A stretch of 64,000 nt of DNA from Camelus dromedarius (taxonomy: Eukaryota). Positions 26,191-39,073 of this stretch are shown here, in pieces. The stretch spans positions 73,038,001 through 73,102,000 of the forward strand of contig NC_087436.1 of assembly GCF_036321535.1 (NCBI RefSeq), in the 5' to 3' direction. The notes under the pieces are model-generated. The model had not been told where the DNA came from and did not search any database. It was given only the letters and a program-made list of their open reading frames with translations. The position numbers and the translations under genes were made by a program. Each line of letters opens with the position of its first letter. The first letter of the stretch is position 1.

Positions 26191-28165
26191 CTCAATGTAT
26201 TGACGAAGTGTTTACCTCAGGCAAAAAAGTAGGGTGGGGGGTTGGAGAGAATGTGCTTATTCTTTAGAGTCACTGATACGTGGGAAAGACAATCAATCTT
26301 ATGGAACGTCACATTTGTTTTTATTCTCCCAGGAACCCTCTGAAGATGGTATTATTTTTATCTTGAATTTGCAATCTTGGAAATTACGATGGAGAGAGAT
26401 TTAGGGTCTTTTCTGAGGTCACTTGCATCTGACATTGACGTGAAGACTGTAAATTTTAGGGCACTGGGCAGGAAAAGGCCTTAGTGGGAACATTTGCCCT
26501 CTTGATTAAGAAACAGTAAGGTGATATCAGTCAGAAAGGGGAGGGGAAAATGGAACTTTAGACCGTTCCTTCCCTGAGTAGTCCTGCCAGGGGCATGGAC
26601 TCCGAGGAGAATATTTGGGACAGAGCCACACATGACCAGCTGAGGTCAAAGAAATGCTGTGACTGAGGAGAAATGAACATCTTTTAACCATTGCTAGACA
26701 AGCACTGTGAATGGAAACCCTGGTAGACGTGGAAGGAGAGAGGGAGAGCACTTAAGATAAACAAGACATAATTCTCACGGAAGAGCTCACAGTTTGCTAG
26801 GGGCAAAGTCCCAAAGAATTGCAATTTTTTATTTCAAAGGCCCAGTATATATCAGTAAGAGTCCCAACAAGAAAGAGAGATACAATCAAACTGGGGTAAA
26901 GGAAAGAATTACAAAGGTACAGCTGGGATGTGAGAAAACCACAGGGGATCATAACTGCAGAGCTGTCACGAGTCAGGCCTCAAGGGAGAGACCAGAAACC
27001 AGAACCTAAGAGGAGACTCTTGCAGAAAAGACCACCTTAGGAGGAGCAGTGACTCTTGGGCGACGGACACAGCTAACCCAAGGTTAGCCTCTGGGGTGAC
27101 GGGAATCAGTACTCTGCCCTCCATCCCCCCACCACTGATGTGCAACTCGGTAAGCCAAGGACAAGGAACCCCACTGTGGTCCATACAGGTCAACTTCCTG
27201 GAGAGCAGAGTGGAGAAAGGTGGGAATTGGACCTGGAGGGTCAAAAGGAGAGAATCTGACATGCGCAGTTCAATAATAGCTTCCTCTGTGCAGCCCCATC
27301 CTCCTTAGTGCCCTGTTTGCACTTCCAGCCTGCACTTATCACGTGGCATTTAGAAGTGTACTTCCTGTCTCTGCTTTCCACCACTTTCTGTCTGATATTT
27401 TCCATGCTCCCAGCTGGCAGGAAACATCTCCATTAAAGACTAGGTACTTGGATCAGACTGAGTGTTGACTCAGTGTCCCAAGGACTGTCCCTAACAAAGG
27501 TGCCATCCAAGAACACGTTTGTGGGCAGTGGCCCCATCTCCTCTCTTTCCTAATTCAGACCTCACTGCCACCTGCATGGTACCATGTCTTCAGTTTTCTA
27601 ACCAGTCTCCCTTTCTTCACTTTACTGCCTTCCGGGATACCATGGACATGATAGCAGTACCAAGCACAAATTCTTAGCTAACCTCCCTCATCTGACACAA
27701 CCTACTGCTTTCTTCAAGTCCCAGTCTCAGTTTCATGGGCTAGATCATCCAAGACAGTCCTGTTCTAATATGCCAGCTTGTGTTTTAGACCATGTATCTT
27801 GATTTCCTCAACTCAAAGCTAGCAGGGCTAAGAGATAAAATTAGTGACAGAGCTGGGTCATTAACCAGAGCGTTATAGTCCTAGGGAATATGGCCCCCGG
27901 TAGGAAATCCAGAGTAAATGGACAAAGGAGTGATTGAATGACTCGAGAGGAAGGTGTGGCAGGTTAGAGGGAGATCCCTGAGCATGGCCAGTGTACATAT
28001 CATAGACCCAAGAGGGTTTATCCCCTATGACTTATTAAATCGGAAAATATTTATCATGCATCAACCAGGACCCTGTGCTTGATGCAAAGAACTAATAAGT
28101 ACAAGATCTGTCCTCTGAAATTTTGTAGTTAAAATAAAAAGAAAGGGCACTTTCTTAAGTAATGC

Positions 28166-28495
28166 TTTTTTAAAAAAATTTTTTTGAAGTGTAGTGGATT
28201 TACAATGTTAGTTTCAGGTGTACAGCAAAGTGATTCAGTTATACATATATATACATATATTTTTTTTTCTTTTCAGGTTCTTTTCCATTAAATGTTATTA
28301 CAAGAAATTGAATATAGTTCCCTGTGCTATACAATAGTTCCCTGTTTATCTATTTGATATATAGTAATGTGTGTCTTTTAATCCCCAACCCCTAATTTGT
28401 ACCGCCCCACCCTTCCCCCTTTAGTAACCATAGTTTGTTTTCCATGTCCTTGCGTCTGTTTTTGGTCTGTAAATAGAATTTGTATCATTTTTTTA
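28166..28495 (-). mobile_element. 5'-truncated L1 3' end
   Basis: T-tail then gaagtgtagtggatttacaatgttagtttcaggtgtacagc...aatatagttccctgtgctataca; reverse complement of the family at 20631-21142. Confidence 0.9.
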
Positions 28496-29239
28496 GTAAC
28501 TCTTAACACCATTCCTTAGTTTCTGATCTGAGAATGAACAAAAGTGGGTGGTAGGATCTTTGAGCAGATGTGATGCAATCCATTCATTTCAACGGTGGAG
28601 AAATCGTGTCCCAGAAGTGTGGAGTGCCTCACCCAAGGTCAAACCACCCAGTGGCAGAGCCCAGATCCTTAAAACCACAATCCTCACAACCACTTCTCGG
28701 ATCAGCAGCACTGCTCCTCCGCTTCTCCATCAGCCCAGCAGGCTGAGCAGCGCCCCGTGATGCTGTGCTCACGGATGACTGTTTGGGGATGTTTCTGTTT
28801 GAAGATTCTTGTGCTGCCTCAAGAGTGGCAGTAATAACACTACATTTTTGTTTAGCGTTTTGTCTTATTCTGTATGAATTCACATAGCATATTTCTATGA
28901 ATCCAAGGACTCATCCACTGAACAGTATCCAGACATAGTCACCAATGAATGATTCTAAAAAGAGGCAAACGCTATGGGAGTTAAATTTGACTGGTGGGGT
29001 GAGGGCAGGGTCTGTGATGGAGGGAGGGAGCACATGATCTGAGCTGTAAGAGATGGGCAGAGCTAGGACCCCAGGAGAATTCGGGGGAGATTCAGGCACT
29101 TGTGAGCTGCACATGCCTGGATTCAGAATTCAGCCAGCAGCTGCATGCACAAAAACTGCTTGAGTCAAGGTATCCTGTGCCCTCCACACTGCCAGCTCTG
29201 GGGGTTAAGTCTTAGTCCTGGCAAAGCCCCACCTATCAG

Positions 29240-30430
29240 CAGCATTTGACACTGATGGTCACTGCCCTCATCTTTGAAGCACTGTCTCCACTTGGCCATA
29301 GGACACCCCTCTCTTGTTTCACCACCTACCTGGCTGACTGCTCCATCTCAGTCTGTCGCCTTAATTCACCCCCTCACCTTCCTACAGTGGAGCACCCCAG
29401 GCTCAATACTGCCATCTCCTCCCCCCAGCCACGCGCATGCTCTGCTCTTCCCTCCTCACTCACTGCTGAGATGATCTCATCCTGTCTCATGACTTAAAAT
29501 ACCATCCCCGTGCTGATAACTCCTGGATGTAAAATTCTATCCCTGTATTGTTTCACTGAACTAAAGACGTGTCAACACCCAGCTGTCAACTAACTCATAT
29601 CCTCCACTTGGGCGGCTCTTGGGCATCTCAGAGGTAATATAGGTCAGATGAATTACTGATTTCCTCACCCCTCAGTCCCCTCCTCCCTCTTTTGATTCCT
29701 CAGGCCAAAATCCATGGACTAATCCCAGACTCTTTTCTCTCTCACATACTCCACATCTGGTCCTGCAGAACCCAATTTCCTCTCGCCCGTCTGTCATCTC
29801 TCATAGGTAGGACTTGAATATTCCTGTGACTGATCTCACTACTCACCATGCCCTCACTGGAGAAACCCTTTTCAAAACCCAGGACAGAGTCTGTCCCTCT
29901 TTGGCTCTAACACTCCATTTGTTTTCCCTTCTGAATCAACAAAAGCCGGAGTCTGTGTCCTGCCTGCTGTGCTCGCACACTGAACCTGCCCTGCCTCTCT
30001 GCCCTCACCTGCTTCCACTTCCACCTGCAAACACACTGGCAATCTTACCGCTTCTTGAACATACCACACACACCCTCGCCCCTGGGCCTTTGCACTTGCA
30101 TTGCCTCTGCGTGAAACATTCTCCTGCCAGCTCTTTAATGGCTCATCAGGAAAGACTGTTTAGCTGTCTCCTCAGGAACCTTTTCTCATCCCCTGTCTGA
30201 AATTATAATCCTGTCACCATGGACCTCTTTACCCTGTTTAATTTTTCTTTTGATCGCTTACCACTTTCTGACAGTATCTCATTTATTTGGTTTTCTGCCA
30301 CTGGACTGTTAGCTCTGTGAAACCAGGGACCTTGTTCACAAAGAGGAAGATGTAGGTTACATGCCCAACCCTGGAACAGAGGCTGACACATGTCAGACCC
30401 ACAATCACGTTTGTTGAATAAATGAATGAA
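29240..30430 (+). mobile_element. L2 LINE 3' portion
   Basis: C/T-rich L2 body; gggcctttgcacttgc motif; ends tttgttgaataaatgaatgaa. Confidence 0.8.
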
Positions 30431-32206
30431 GGGTCAGTCATCCAATACCAGGGAAGTTATTTAATTTCTCTGTTCCTTGGTAGTTGCATCAATAAAATGG
30501 GATAAGGGTAGTACCCAAATGATGGGATTATTATAAGGTTTAGTTGGACTAGGAAATGTACAAGATAGTGGCCACTGAGTAATGGCTCAATTATGCCTGT
30601 GCTTGTTATTTTACTATTACTTACTGCTATCATCAGCATTATTATCATTATTTTGCTGTTGTGATTGCTATTATTATTTTTATTGTATTTATCATAATGA
30701 AGAATGTCCACCATCTTAATGAACTTTTATTTGGCTTTCACTGTGAGTCAAGTACCTGGTGAGGCCTCCCTCCTGGAGTTTACAGTGCCACACATGCACA
30801 GCATGGCAAGTAGTCTAGTTTGGTGGATCCCAGGATGTGTGGAAGAGGAGACTGAAGAAGAAACAGGAAGGAAGACTTCAGGACAAGTGTTAGAGGACAC
30901 TGAGTAGCATGATGAGAAAATTTACTTTCCCTGACAAGCCACTAATAGCCACCAAAGGCTTTTTATCAGGGGAAGAAAATGTCGAGAATTATATTTTGAG
31001 TGTTCAACTGGTAGGAATATGTGTGTATAAATTGCAGGGAGTTCAGGACTGGAAACACATAGATCAGTTTATACCTGGCTTCTGGTTTGCCATTGTCACT
31101 GACAGATCTTGTCATTTCACTACTCTGACTTTACAAGCTCTTCACTGTAAACTGAATACAAGAGAGGCAGTCTTTCAGGGGCTTTTATTTGGCTTGTCTT
31201 ACCATGAAAATTGTTTATTAGAAGTATCCTAGGCAGAAGAAATGAGACTCATATTCTTATGAGACTTACTGAGAATATATCTGATCCAAGAACTGGGCTA
31301 GTGACTGACACAGGTGAACCCTCATCTAATCTTCAGAACATTCCAGTGAGGTGAGCCGGACGGTATCTGTTCTACAGGTGACGGGTGAAACAGGCTCAGG
31401 GAGGTTAAGCGACTTAAGTTCCCACAGGAGGGACCAGGCCAGGATTCAAATTTAGTTTGCCTGAGTGCCCCTAAGCCAAGGATTTCTCCTGCCACATCCA
31501 TTCGCCCTGCATTCATAGAAATGAAAAGTTGAGGAGGACCTGTGCCCTCCAAAACTGCTGTGGAGAGAGCCGCATATGGGATGTTATCAAACGCATGGTG
31601 CTGCCCGCCGGGCCTGGGGGTGGGGCCGCCCGAGAGAAGAAGCAGGTGGCAGCAGCAGCCGGCCAAAGGCGGCTGTGCGGAAGGAACGAGTTTTCATTTT
31701 CATTTTTCCATTTTTGTTTTGCTTTTAAAGGAAGCGAGAGAAAGAGAGAGAGGCATAATGTGTTATATATGGGTCATCTTATGTTATTAAATCAGAGCTC
31801 TTCAGGGTGGAAACTGTGACTACGGTATGCTTGTGGCTCCGGGAACCTAATTGAATGGCGCTGTCCAAATGCTGGAGGGATTACTCAATATTGCACACCA
31901 AATTATACTCAACTGCCCCCACTCTTGTGTGTGCAAACTTTAGAGTTACAGTCACTCTGCCTGCTGCAGAGGAGATATCCTCTTTTGTTCTCTTTTTAAA
32001 ATCCAAGTGGCCACTGGTCTTATGCTGTCCTACACTTGCCATTAACAAAAAAAAAGGACTCATCATTGTGACAGTTTATGAAGACCCTTGAACTTCAAAT
32101 TGCTAGTCTGACTCCATAGTTATTCAGTATGAACTGCGCTAAAAACACCCTGAAAGAAGGGACACAGATATCTACCCTTCTCTGTGTGCATACCTGCTAA
32201 GGACTT

Positions 32207-32495
32207 TCTTTCTTTTTTTTGCTATTTTTTATTATTTCCATTTTTATTTTTTTAATTTTATTTTTTATTGAAGTGTAGCTGTTTTACAATGTCAGTTTCA
32301 GGTGTACAACAAAGAAACTCAGTTATGCATATATATACACACACACACACACACATATTTTCAGATTATTTTCTGTTACAGGTTATTACAAGAAATTGAA
32401 TATAGTTCCCTGTGCTATACCGTAGGTCCTCGTTATCTATTTTATATGTAGTAGTGTGTATCTGTCAATCTCAAATTCCTAATTTATCTCTCTCC
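32207..32495 (-). mobile_element. 5'-truncated L1 3' end with internal (TA)/(CA)n
   Basis: Same family as 28166-28495 (ttattacaagaaattgaatatagttccctgtgctatac). Possible decayed TSD gctaaggacttt / gcgagggacttt. Confidence 0.85.
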
Positions 32496-32859
32496 TGCTG
32501 CGAGGGACTTTGAGCTGTACACCTCCTTACTCCAGACTAACTCTTAGGATGAATACAGATTTGAAAAATGAATTAACTCTTACAAAAGGAGAGGAATGAT
32601 TTTTTAAATATACATAGAAAAATTTGAGGAGTAAAAAAATGTATTGTGGTGAGTTAATGACCATTATATTTAGATGAGGTATTTAATATAGTAAAGGGGG
32701 AAATGATGATTTAACAACAACAACAAAGAAAAAGTAAAAGAATGTTAAACATTTACAGATCAGATTCTTTCAAATTGCCCAGAATATATCAGGAAGCAAT
32801 GATCCTAAAATGTATCACATCTATCTTCAGCTCAGTTTTGCAAATATTAAATCATTGTA

Positions 32860-33700
32860 TGTGCCCAGGCCTGGCCTCCAACAGTGAATGGTGCCAACAT
32901 CCTCTAGTTCAGTCCTCCTTCACTCACTGTGTTCTTTCCATCACCGAGTACTGTTGATTTGAATCTTTAGTAGCTCCCATATTCATCCACTTCTCTTCAT
33001 TCTCACTCTCATGTCAAAGCTCCCACAATCCCACTGTAACAGCCTCCTATCTGGCCCCTTCACATCCTCCCCTGTACCAGTCTCCTCATCTTGCCAGTGC
33101 TCCACACAGTAGCCAGAATGATGATTAAACATAAATCTGATCAGGACACTCATAACCTCACCCCCCCACAACATCCCAGCTGCCCTTAGGATGAAATCCA
33201 CAAGCTCACAGAGCCCCGCGGGGTTGGGCCTCTGCCCGCCATGCCTGCTTCATCTCAGCCCCGCAGCCCTCCCTCTCTGCATCTCCCATACCAGCTGTCT
33301 GTCAGTTCCACGCACCTGCAGATCTCCCTCTTGTCACAGGGCCTTTCCTCATCTGGATGCTTCTACCTGGAACTTTCCCACAGCACATCACTTCACCTGG
33401 CTAAATCATTCCTCAGGTCTGGGCTCAAACATCACCTGTTCAGGAAGTGTCTGCTGAGGCCCCTAGTCCAGCTCTGTTTTCCCAGTTACAAACTGTCACA
33501 ATTCAGTTGTATCTCTTCTTCACGGTGTGTGATTATACATTTACTCATGTGGCTCTTTATTCAGGGCTTACACTGCTCTTTCCGGTACATGATGGAAAGG
33601 GTCTTGTCTGTTTGGGCTCGCAGGTAAATTCCCAGCAGCTAGCAGTGTCTGGCTCATTGTAGTGCTCAATAAATATTTGATGAATAAGTAAATGAATGAC
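32860..33700 (+). mobile_element. L2 LINE 3' portion
   Basis: taacagcctcctatctgg...ctccacacagtagccaga...gtgctcaataaatatttgatgaataagtaaatgaatga. Confidence 0.85.
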
Positions 33701-33799
33701 TTTGAATGACTAAATATCTGTATTTAAAAATAATAAATGCACATATTAGCCTTGTACATCCTAACCTTTAAACTGAAAATAAAGAAAAATTAAGCACCT

Positions 33800-34165
33800 T
33801 CCCCTGTTAATCTGTTCAGGCTGCTAGAAAAAAAAATACCATAAATTGGGTTATTTAACAGCAAACATTTATTTCTCACAGTTCTGGAGGCTAGGAAGTC
33901 CAAGATCAAGGCACCAGCATGTTCACGTTCTGGGGAAGGCCCTCTTCCTGGTTCATAGCCGGTGACTTTGCACTGTGTCTTCACGTGTTAAAGGGAGTGA
34001 GGGAGTGCTCTGGGGTCTCTTTTATAAGGGCACTAATCCCATTCACAGGGGCTCCATCCTCATGACATAAGCACATCCCAAAAGCCCCACCTCCTAATAC
34101 CATCACATTGGAGGTTAGGATTTCAACATATAAATTTTGGGGAGACACACACATTCAGTCCTGAA
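33800..34165 (-). mobile_element. MaLR solo LTR (MLT1A-like), near full length
   Basis: catttatttctcacagttctggaggctaggaagtccaagatcaagg...cctcctaataccatcacattgg...gacacacacattcagtcc. Confidence 0.9.
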
Positions 34166-35319
34166 GACCTGTGCATGGAAACACACCCATCTAATACACC
34201 ATCATCATTGCAGACTGTCTAAAGGGCTCTCTTCTGCTATGATGAGTTCCTTTCCATCCCCATTCCTGCCACACCACTCTTTTCCCATCATACTGGCTCC
34301 TCTTTGGGCTGCAGGGCTGACAAGGTTATGGATTGTTATAAACCCTCACTCACATTTTTTTTTTCCTTCTCTGCCCAATTATTTAAGCTTAGGCTAAACC
34401 TCTAAGCCTGCTAACCCCAAGTAAACTCCCACAAGGCACTCCAACTGTCAGATAATATTTTAGGTAAAAAAAAATTCTCTATTCTTGTCTCTACCTTTTT
34501 AATTCTCCTTTGGTTTACTTTTACAACCTAAATCCTAATCTGGTTTTAAGATATTTCCAAAATAGCCTTTGAAAAATATATGGCAAGGTACTGAAATCAG
34601 CTAGTTACTTCGATGTTGTCTAGTAGCAATACAGCTCCATCACGTATTTTAATTGTCTCAGTATCACCTTTTATTAATTTGAGATAGTTTGTCTCCAAGG
34701 AACACTTTCCTTTTTCCGGCTTCAAATATTTTCACCAGTCACATATGACTAAAGTGACTTTGGAAATGCTTCACTGAGAACATGAGATTTAGCTTATAAG
34801 CACGGCTGATGTCATAAATGAATCCATGGCTTGTTGGCTCCTTGGGGAAACTGATTGGAATATACCTGATCCCATATCCAGACTGAACCCTTACTGTAAT
34901 ATCTGGACTCAAAAGAGTCTTTTTAGTTACAAAATAAGAATAGCAAAGAGACTAGATCAGCACTAACCCAGAGTCTTTATTAGAAAAGGTTCCGGGGTAC
35001 TGCATCAGGAGAACACATAATGGGTACTAAATTGATGTTGTCCTCAGCATGCCTTGTTTCTCAGGTCCTGGGAAAGAAAAATATTTGCCAATAAGAGACA
35101 GCATTTTATTTAACAGTATCTTGCTTTTATCATCAGACTCAAGGCCTTCAGGGGTAGACCACAAGCTCAAAAAATAAGGTGAACTTAGGTTAAAATCATA
35201 AACTCTCAGTAAGTCCATGGCAGTGGGCCATCAAAAACACTTTGCCATATTTCTGTTTGGTGAAATTCTGGGGTCATTTCAAAGCCAGGCTCTAGGAGGG
35301 TAAGAATGTTATTAATAGT

Positions 35320-35550
35320 ACACACTGTGGCATCAGACTGTCTGGTTCAAATCTCACCATTGCCATTTGCTAGATGGTAGACTTGGCAAGTTTATTCATC
35401 ACTGAGTGCCACATTTGCTTCAGCTATAAAATGAGTGTAGTAATAGTACTATACTTGCCTTATAGGATTCTTATTGGGATTAAATGAGACAGGTATATAA
35501 AGAGTCCCTTACACAGTCAGCACTAAATAAATGTCACTGTTGTTACAGTT
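35320..35550 (+). mobile_element. MIR SINE
   Basis: ggttcaaatctcacc...acttggcaagtt...ggattaaatgaga. Confidence 0.7.
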
Positions 35551-36084
35551 GGGCCCCTAATTCTCAGTGTGGGTGCCAACAAGGGTTTGAGTCTTCTAGA
35601 CTGATTTTTTTAACTTTGAAAAAATGAAATGTTTGGAAAAACACTTTAAGACTCCCAAAAGGATTATTACTATAAATATTAGGTAATGAAGATCCATTTA
35701 TACACCTGCCTATAGCAAGCACAATACAGAAAAGGATAATCCAAAAAGTGTGAAAGGGAAAAATAACTATGTTCACATTTGAAATAGTAACACTTTCATG
35801 AGACGGGAAATCCAAAGAAAAAGGGTTAAAGAGTGCAAATAACTGGAAATTTTTAGCTAGGAGAAAATAAATCATAGAAGAGGAGGATACAAAAGCTGAG
35901 CTTATATGATCTTACCCAGGCTCCACTTGCCCTGAAGAGTGGAGGATTAAGAGCCAGAGGTTGCCTCCTTCTCTTAATTAGCATCAAAGTTTGGAAATTA
36001 TTTTCTTTCCAAAGTTTGTAACTCTAAAACCTTGGGAGCCTGAGCCTGGAAGAAATTAAAATTTGGTAAAATACAGTATCCAAA

Positions 36085-36331
36085 AGCCGTTCCCAGGGTT
36101 GGGGTAAAGGGATAAACTGGGAGTTTAGATTTGCAGATACTAACTGCTATACATAAAATAGTTAGACAACAAGGTCCTACTGTACAGCACAGGGAACTAC
36201 ATTCAATACTTTGTAATGTCTCATAATGAAAAAGACTATGAAAGGGAATCTATATATACATGTATAACTAAACCATTGTGCTGTGCACCAGAAACTAACA
36301 CAACATACTTCAATTTAAAAGAAAAAAAAAG
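36085..36331 (+). mobile_element. 5'-truncated L1 3' end
   Basis: gggataaactgggagtttagatttgcagatac...caaggtcctactgtacagcacagggaactac...poly(A). Confidence 0.85.
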
Positions 36332-37857
36332 CAGATTCCTACCTAGACTTGGCGATTGATTATGTGGAGGCAAAGCTAAATTAATGGCTCCACAGAGATC
36401 CCTGGGTCCTTGGGCTACAGTAATTATACTAATGTCACTGCCCTTGGTCAAGGTGTTGGGACAGACTGACCTGACACTGCGACTCTCGGCTTCCCAGCCA
36501 TATTCCATGATAAAAATGGTAAACTTGCACACTGCTTGGCAAACAGGGTTAGGATCTGTCTCAGGCTCTGAAAAGTTTTTCCTTCCTTCTTGCTGTATCT
36601 TCTGAACCAAGAAGATATCAGAGTGGAAGGTCTCACCTGCTAAGTCTGGCGAACTCCAAAGGGATCTGAGCCTTCACCCTGCAGACTGGACAAGTCTCAA
36701 AAAGGGGCATATACCAACTTTTCTGGTTTATTTTTCCCCTCAGTATTGTTTAATCCATGATCAGGCCTCATTTTCATCTCAGAAATACTGAAAAGACAGA
36801 AGAAATACTAAAGGTGTAGAACAAACCAAAAAACCCTCATGAAGATAAAAGTCACCTCCGATACATTATTTGCACCTCTATGTAGGTCGTTCACAAAGAG
36901 ATGACCTCAGAGTTGAGATCCCTAATGTGGCCCCTTAACGTTGAAAGTCAGAGGCTATGAAGGCTGACTTCTCAGCCTATATCTCCTCCTGCCACTGCCA
37001 CGTAGCCAGTTGTCCCCAGCTGGAAAACCCCCAGGGAATTCTTTTTGCCATCTTCAATGCTTGCTGCATTAAAGATACTCAGTTAGCAGAGAGATGTCGG
37101 GATTTATTTTCCCCTCTCTGACTTGACTCCTAAATAGAAGTATCTTTGCCTTTCTGTCAAGGGATCTGATGACCTAACATGACATAGCTCATCTACTCAC
37201 AGTATAGATCAGAATTTTCACAAGAGGAGAAGGAGACGTCTTCTCATCCAGAACAAACAATAGAGGGGATTCTCTGTTCTTTTTTTAAAAAAATTATTCC
37301 TCAGAAATCTCTCTAACCCTGCCACCTCCCCCAACTCCCAAGAGATCTGGGGTAGGGCTGACTTAGAGCTGAAATTCCCACTCACAAGATATGGTTCTCT
37401 CAACTCAGTAGAATTTATAATTCAGCCCAGGCTGGGTTATGTTTATTATATAAAGTAGCGTCAGACGAGTTATGATAGGCTTATGAACCCAGGCACTGCA
37501 AATCTGTCCTACAGGGGAGAATGAGAAGCAGACACTGACACAGAGCACATTAAGGGAGAGAAATCAGGGCTTAGTTAGGGCCATGGACCCAGAAGTGCAG
37601 CCTCTGTTCATGTCTGCACTGCTACCCGGGGAGTGGCTGAGTCAGGACAGCTGTCCCTGCTGGGCCTCCATCAGGAAGCAGTATGTGTGACGCTGCCACA
37701 TTCCCTAGAGCCGTGACAGGCGTTGACACGGGCCCTGCTGACCCTGCCTCTCTGCCCTCCATTCTCCCTGCCCTGCTCCAGGGGCTCTGAGGACAGTGAT
37801 TTACCCCCAGTCCAGCACCTCATCTCCAGTCTCCTTGTGAAGCTGGGGTTCCTGGAG

Positions 37858-38133
37858 CAGTGTTCTTAAAAGCATGGTTTAAGTCCCTGAACAGGTAGTA
37901 TGCAAGAGGATCTAATAGAAACTATGCTTTTGTTTCAATATGAATTTGAGAAAAAAATAAACTAAAAATAGCACATCGAATTCACCATTTCATAGCTATT
38001 GTTGCTTAGGTTGTGGCTATATGTAGTAAACAGCTAGAGAAAAATGACTTATAGATACTAAGAAAATAACAGTGTAAGTGATACGGACTTGGCAGAAAAC
38101 ATCAATGGAGACGTTTGAATTCTGAAAACATTG
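37858..38133. mobile_element. Non-autonomous hAT-type DNA transposon
   Basis: Imperfect terminal inverted repeats cagtgttctta / tgaaaacattg and an 8-bp TSD tcctggag (37850-37857) / tcctgaag (38134-38141). Confidence 0.65.
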
Positions 38134-39014
38134 TCCTGAAGCAGAGGCTGGGGTCTTGCCCACCAATGCTTTAAGGCTTTTACGTGGGATGAGACTTGGG
38201 GTAGAAAATTTAAAAGAAGTCAGACCAGGAATTCAAAGGTATCTAGTCCCAGCTCTGCTACTGATGGAGTCTGATCTCACCCAAATATTTTAATTTCTTT
38301 AGCCTTCTATTTTATCATCTGTAAAATGGAAGGGTTAGATTCATTTCAATGCACCTTCTTAGAATTTCCTTTCTACAATAAAAAAAAAAACACATTATTC
38401 CTTTGGTCCTGATCAGGCTAGAAGCAAAATTTGAACTTAAGATCCGCAGTCATTTCAAATACTCAGGTTGGCTCAAATCTCTGGATTCAAGGTTTCTTCC
38501 TGGCTTCAGAGTTTTTATGGATAAGAGACGCCCAGGACTGAGACCTTTGTACTGCACTTCACGATGGACAAAGCATTTGAAATACACTATTTAATTTGTA
38601 AAAGCATTCTGAAGGAAGCCAGTGATTCATCAAAGTTGGGCACATAGTAATCTATAAACATCAGCCAGCCGCGTGAATGACTGAACGAGTCTCGTTTACA
38701 GGAAGAGAGGGGGACGCAAATAAGGCCGTGGAGGCGGGGAGACGGGAGACGGAAAGCAGCTTGTCCAAGACTGTTCAGCTAGTGCGTTTGTAAAGCTAGT
38801 CTCCACGCCAGGTCTTCTGATCACAGAAAGTAGAGAAGCATAAGTTTGGGGAATCAAGCCTCAAAAGTTAAATCCTGTTTCTGCACACTAACCAGTTAAA
38901 TAGATTTTTGTTAACTGCTTTTGCTAAACTCTAAACGGAGATACCTACCCTCCTCTGCCTCAGGGCACAGGGTCGCAGGAAAGGGTGTCTGTAGTGACTT
39001 TTATGACCAGGATT

Positions 39015-39073
39015 GTTTTTCTTTTCCTTTTCTTTCTTTTTTTTTTTTTTCTTTCTTTCTTTCTTTCTTTTTC
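39015..39073. repeat. Poly-T/(TTTC)n low-complexity tract
   Basis: Direct observation. Confidence 0.9.
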
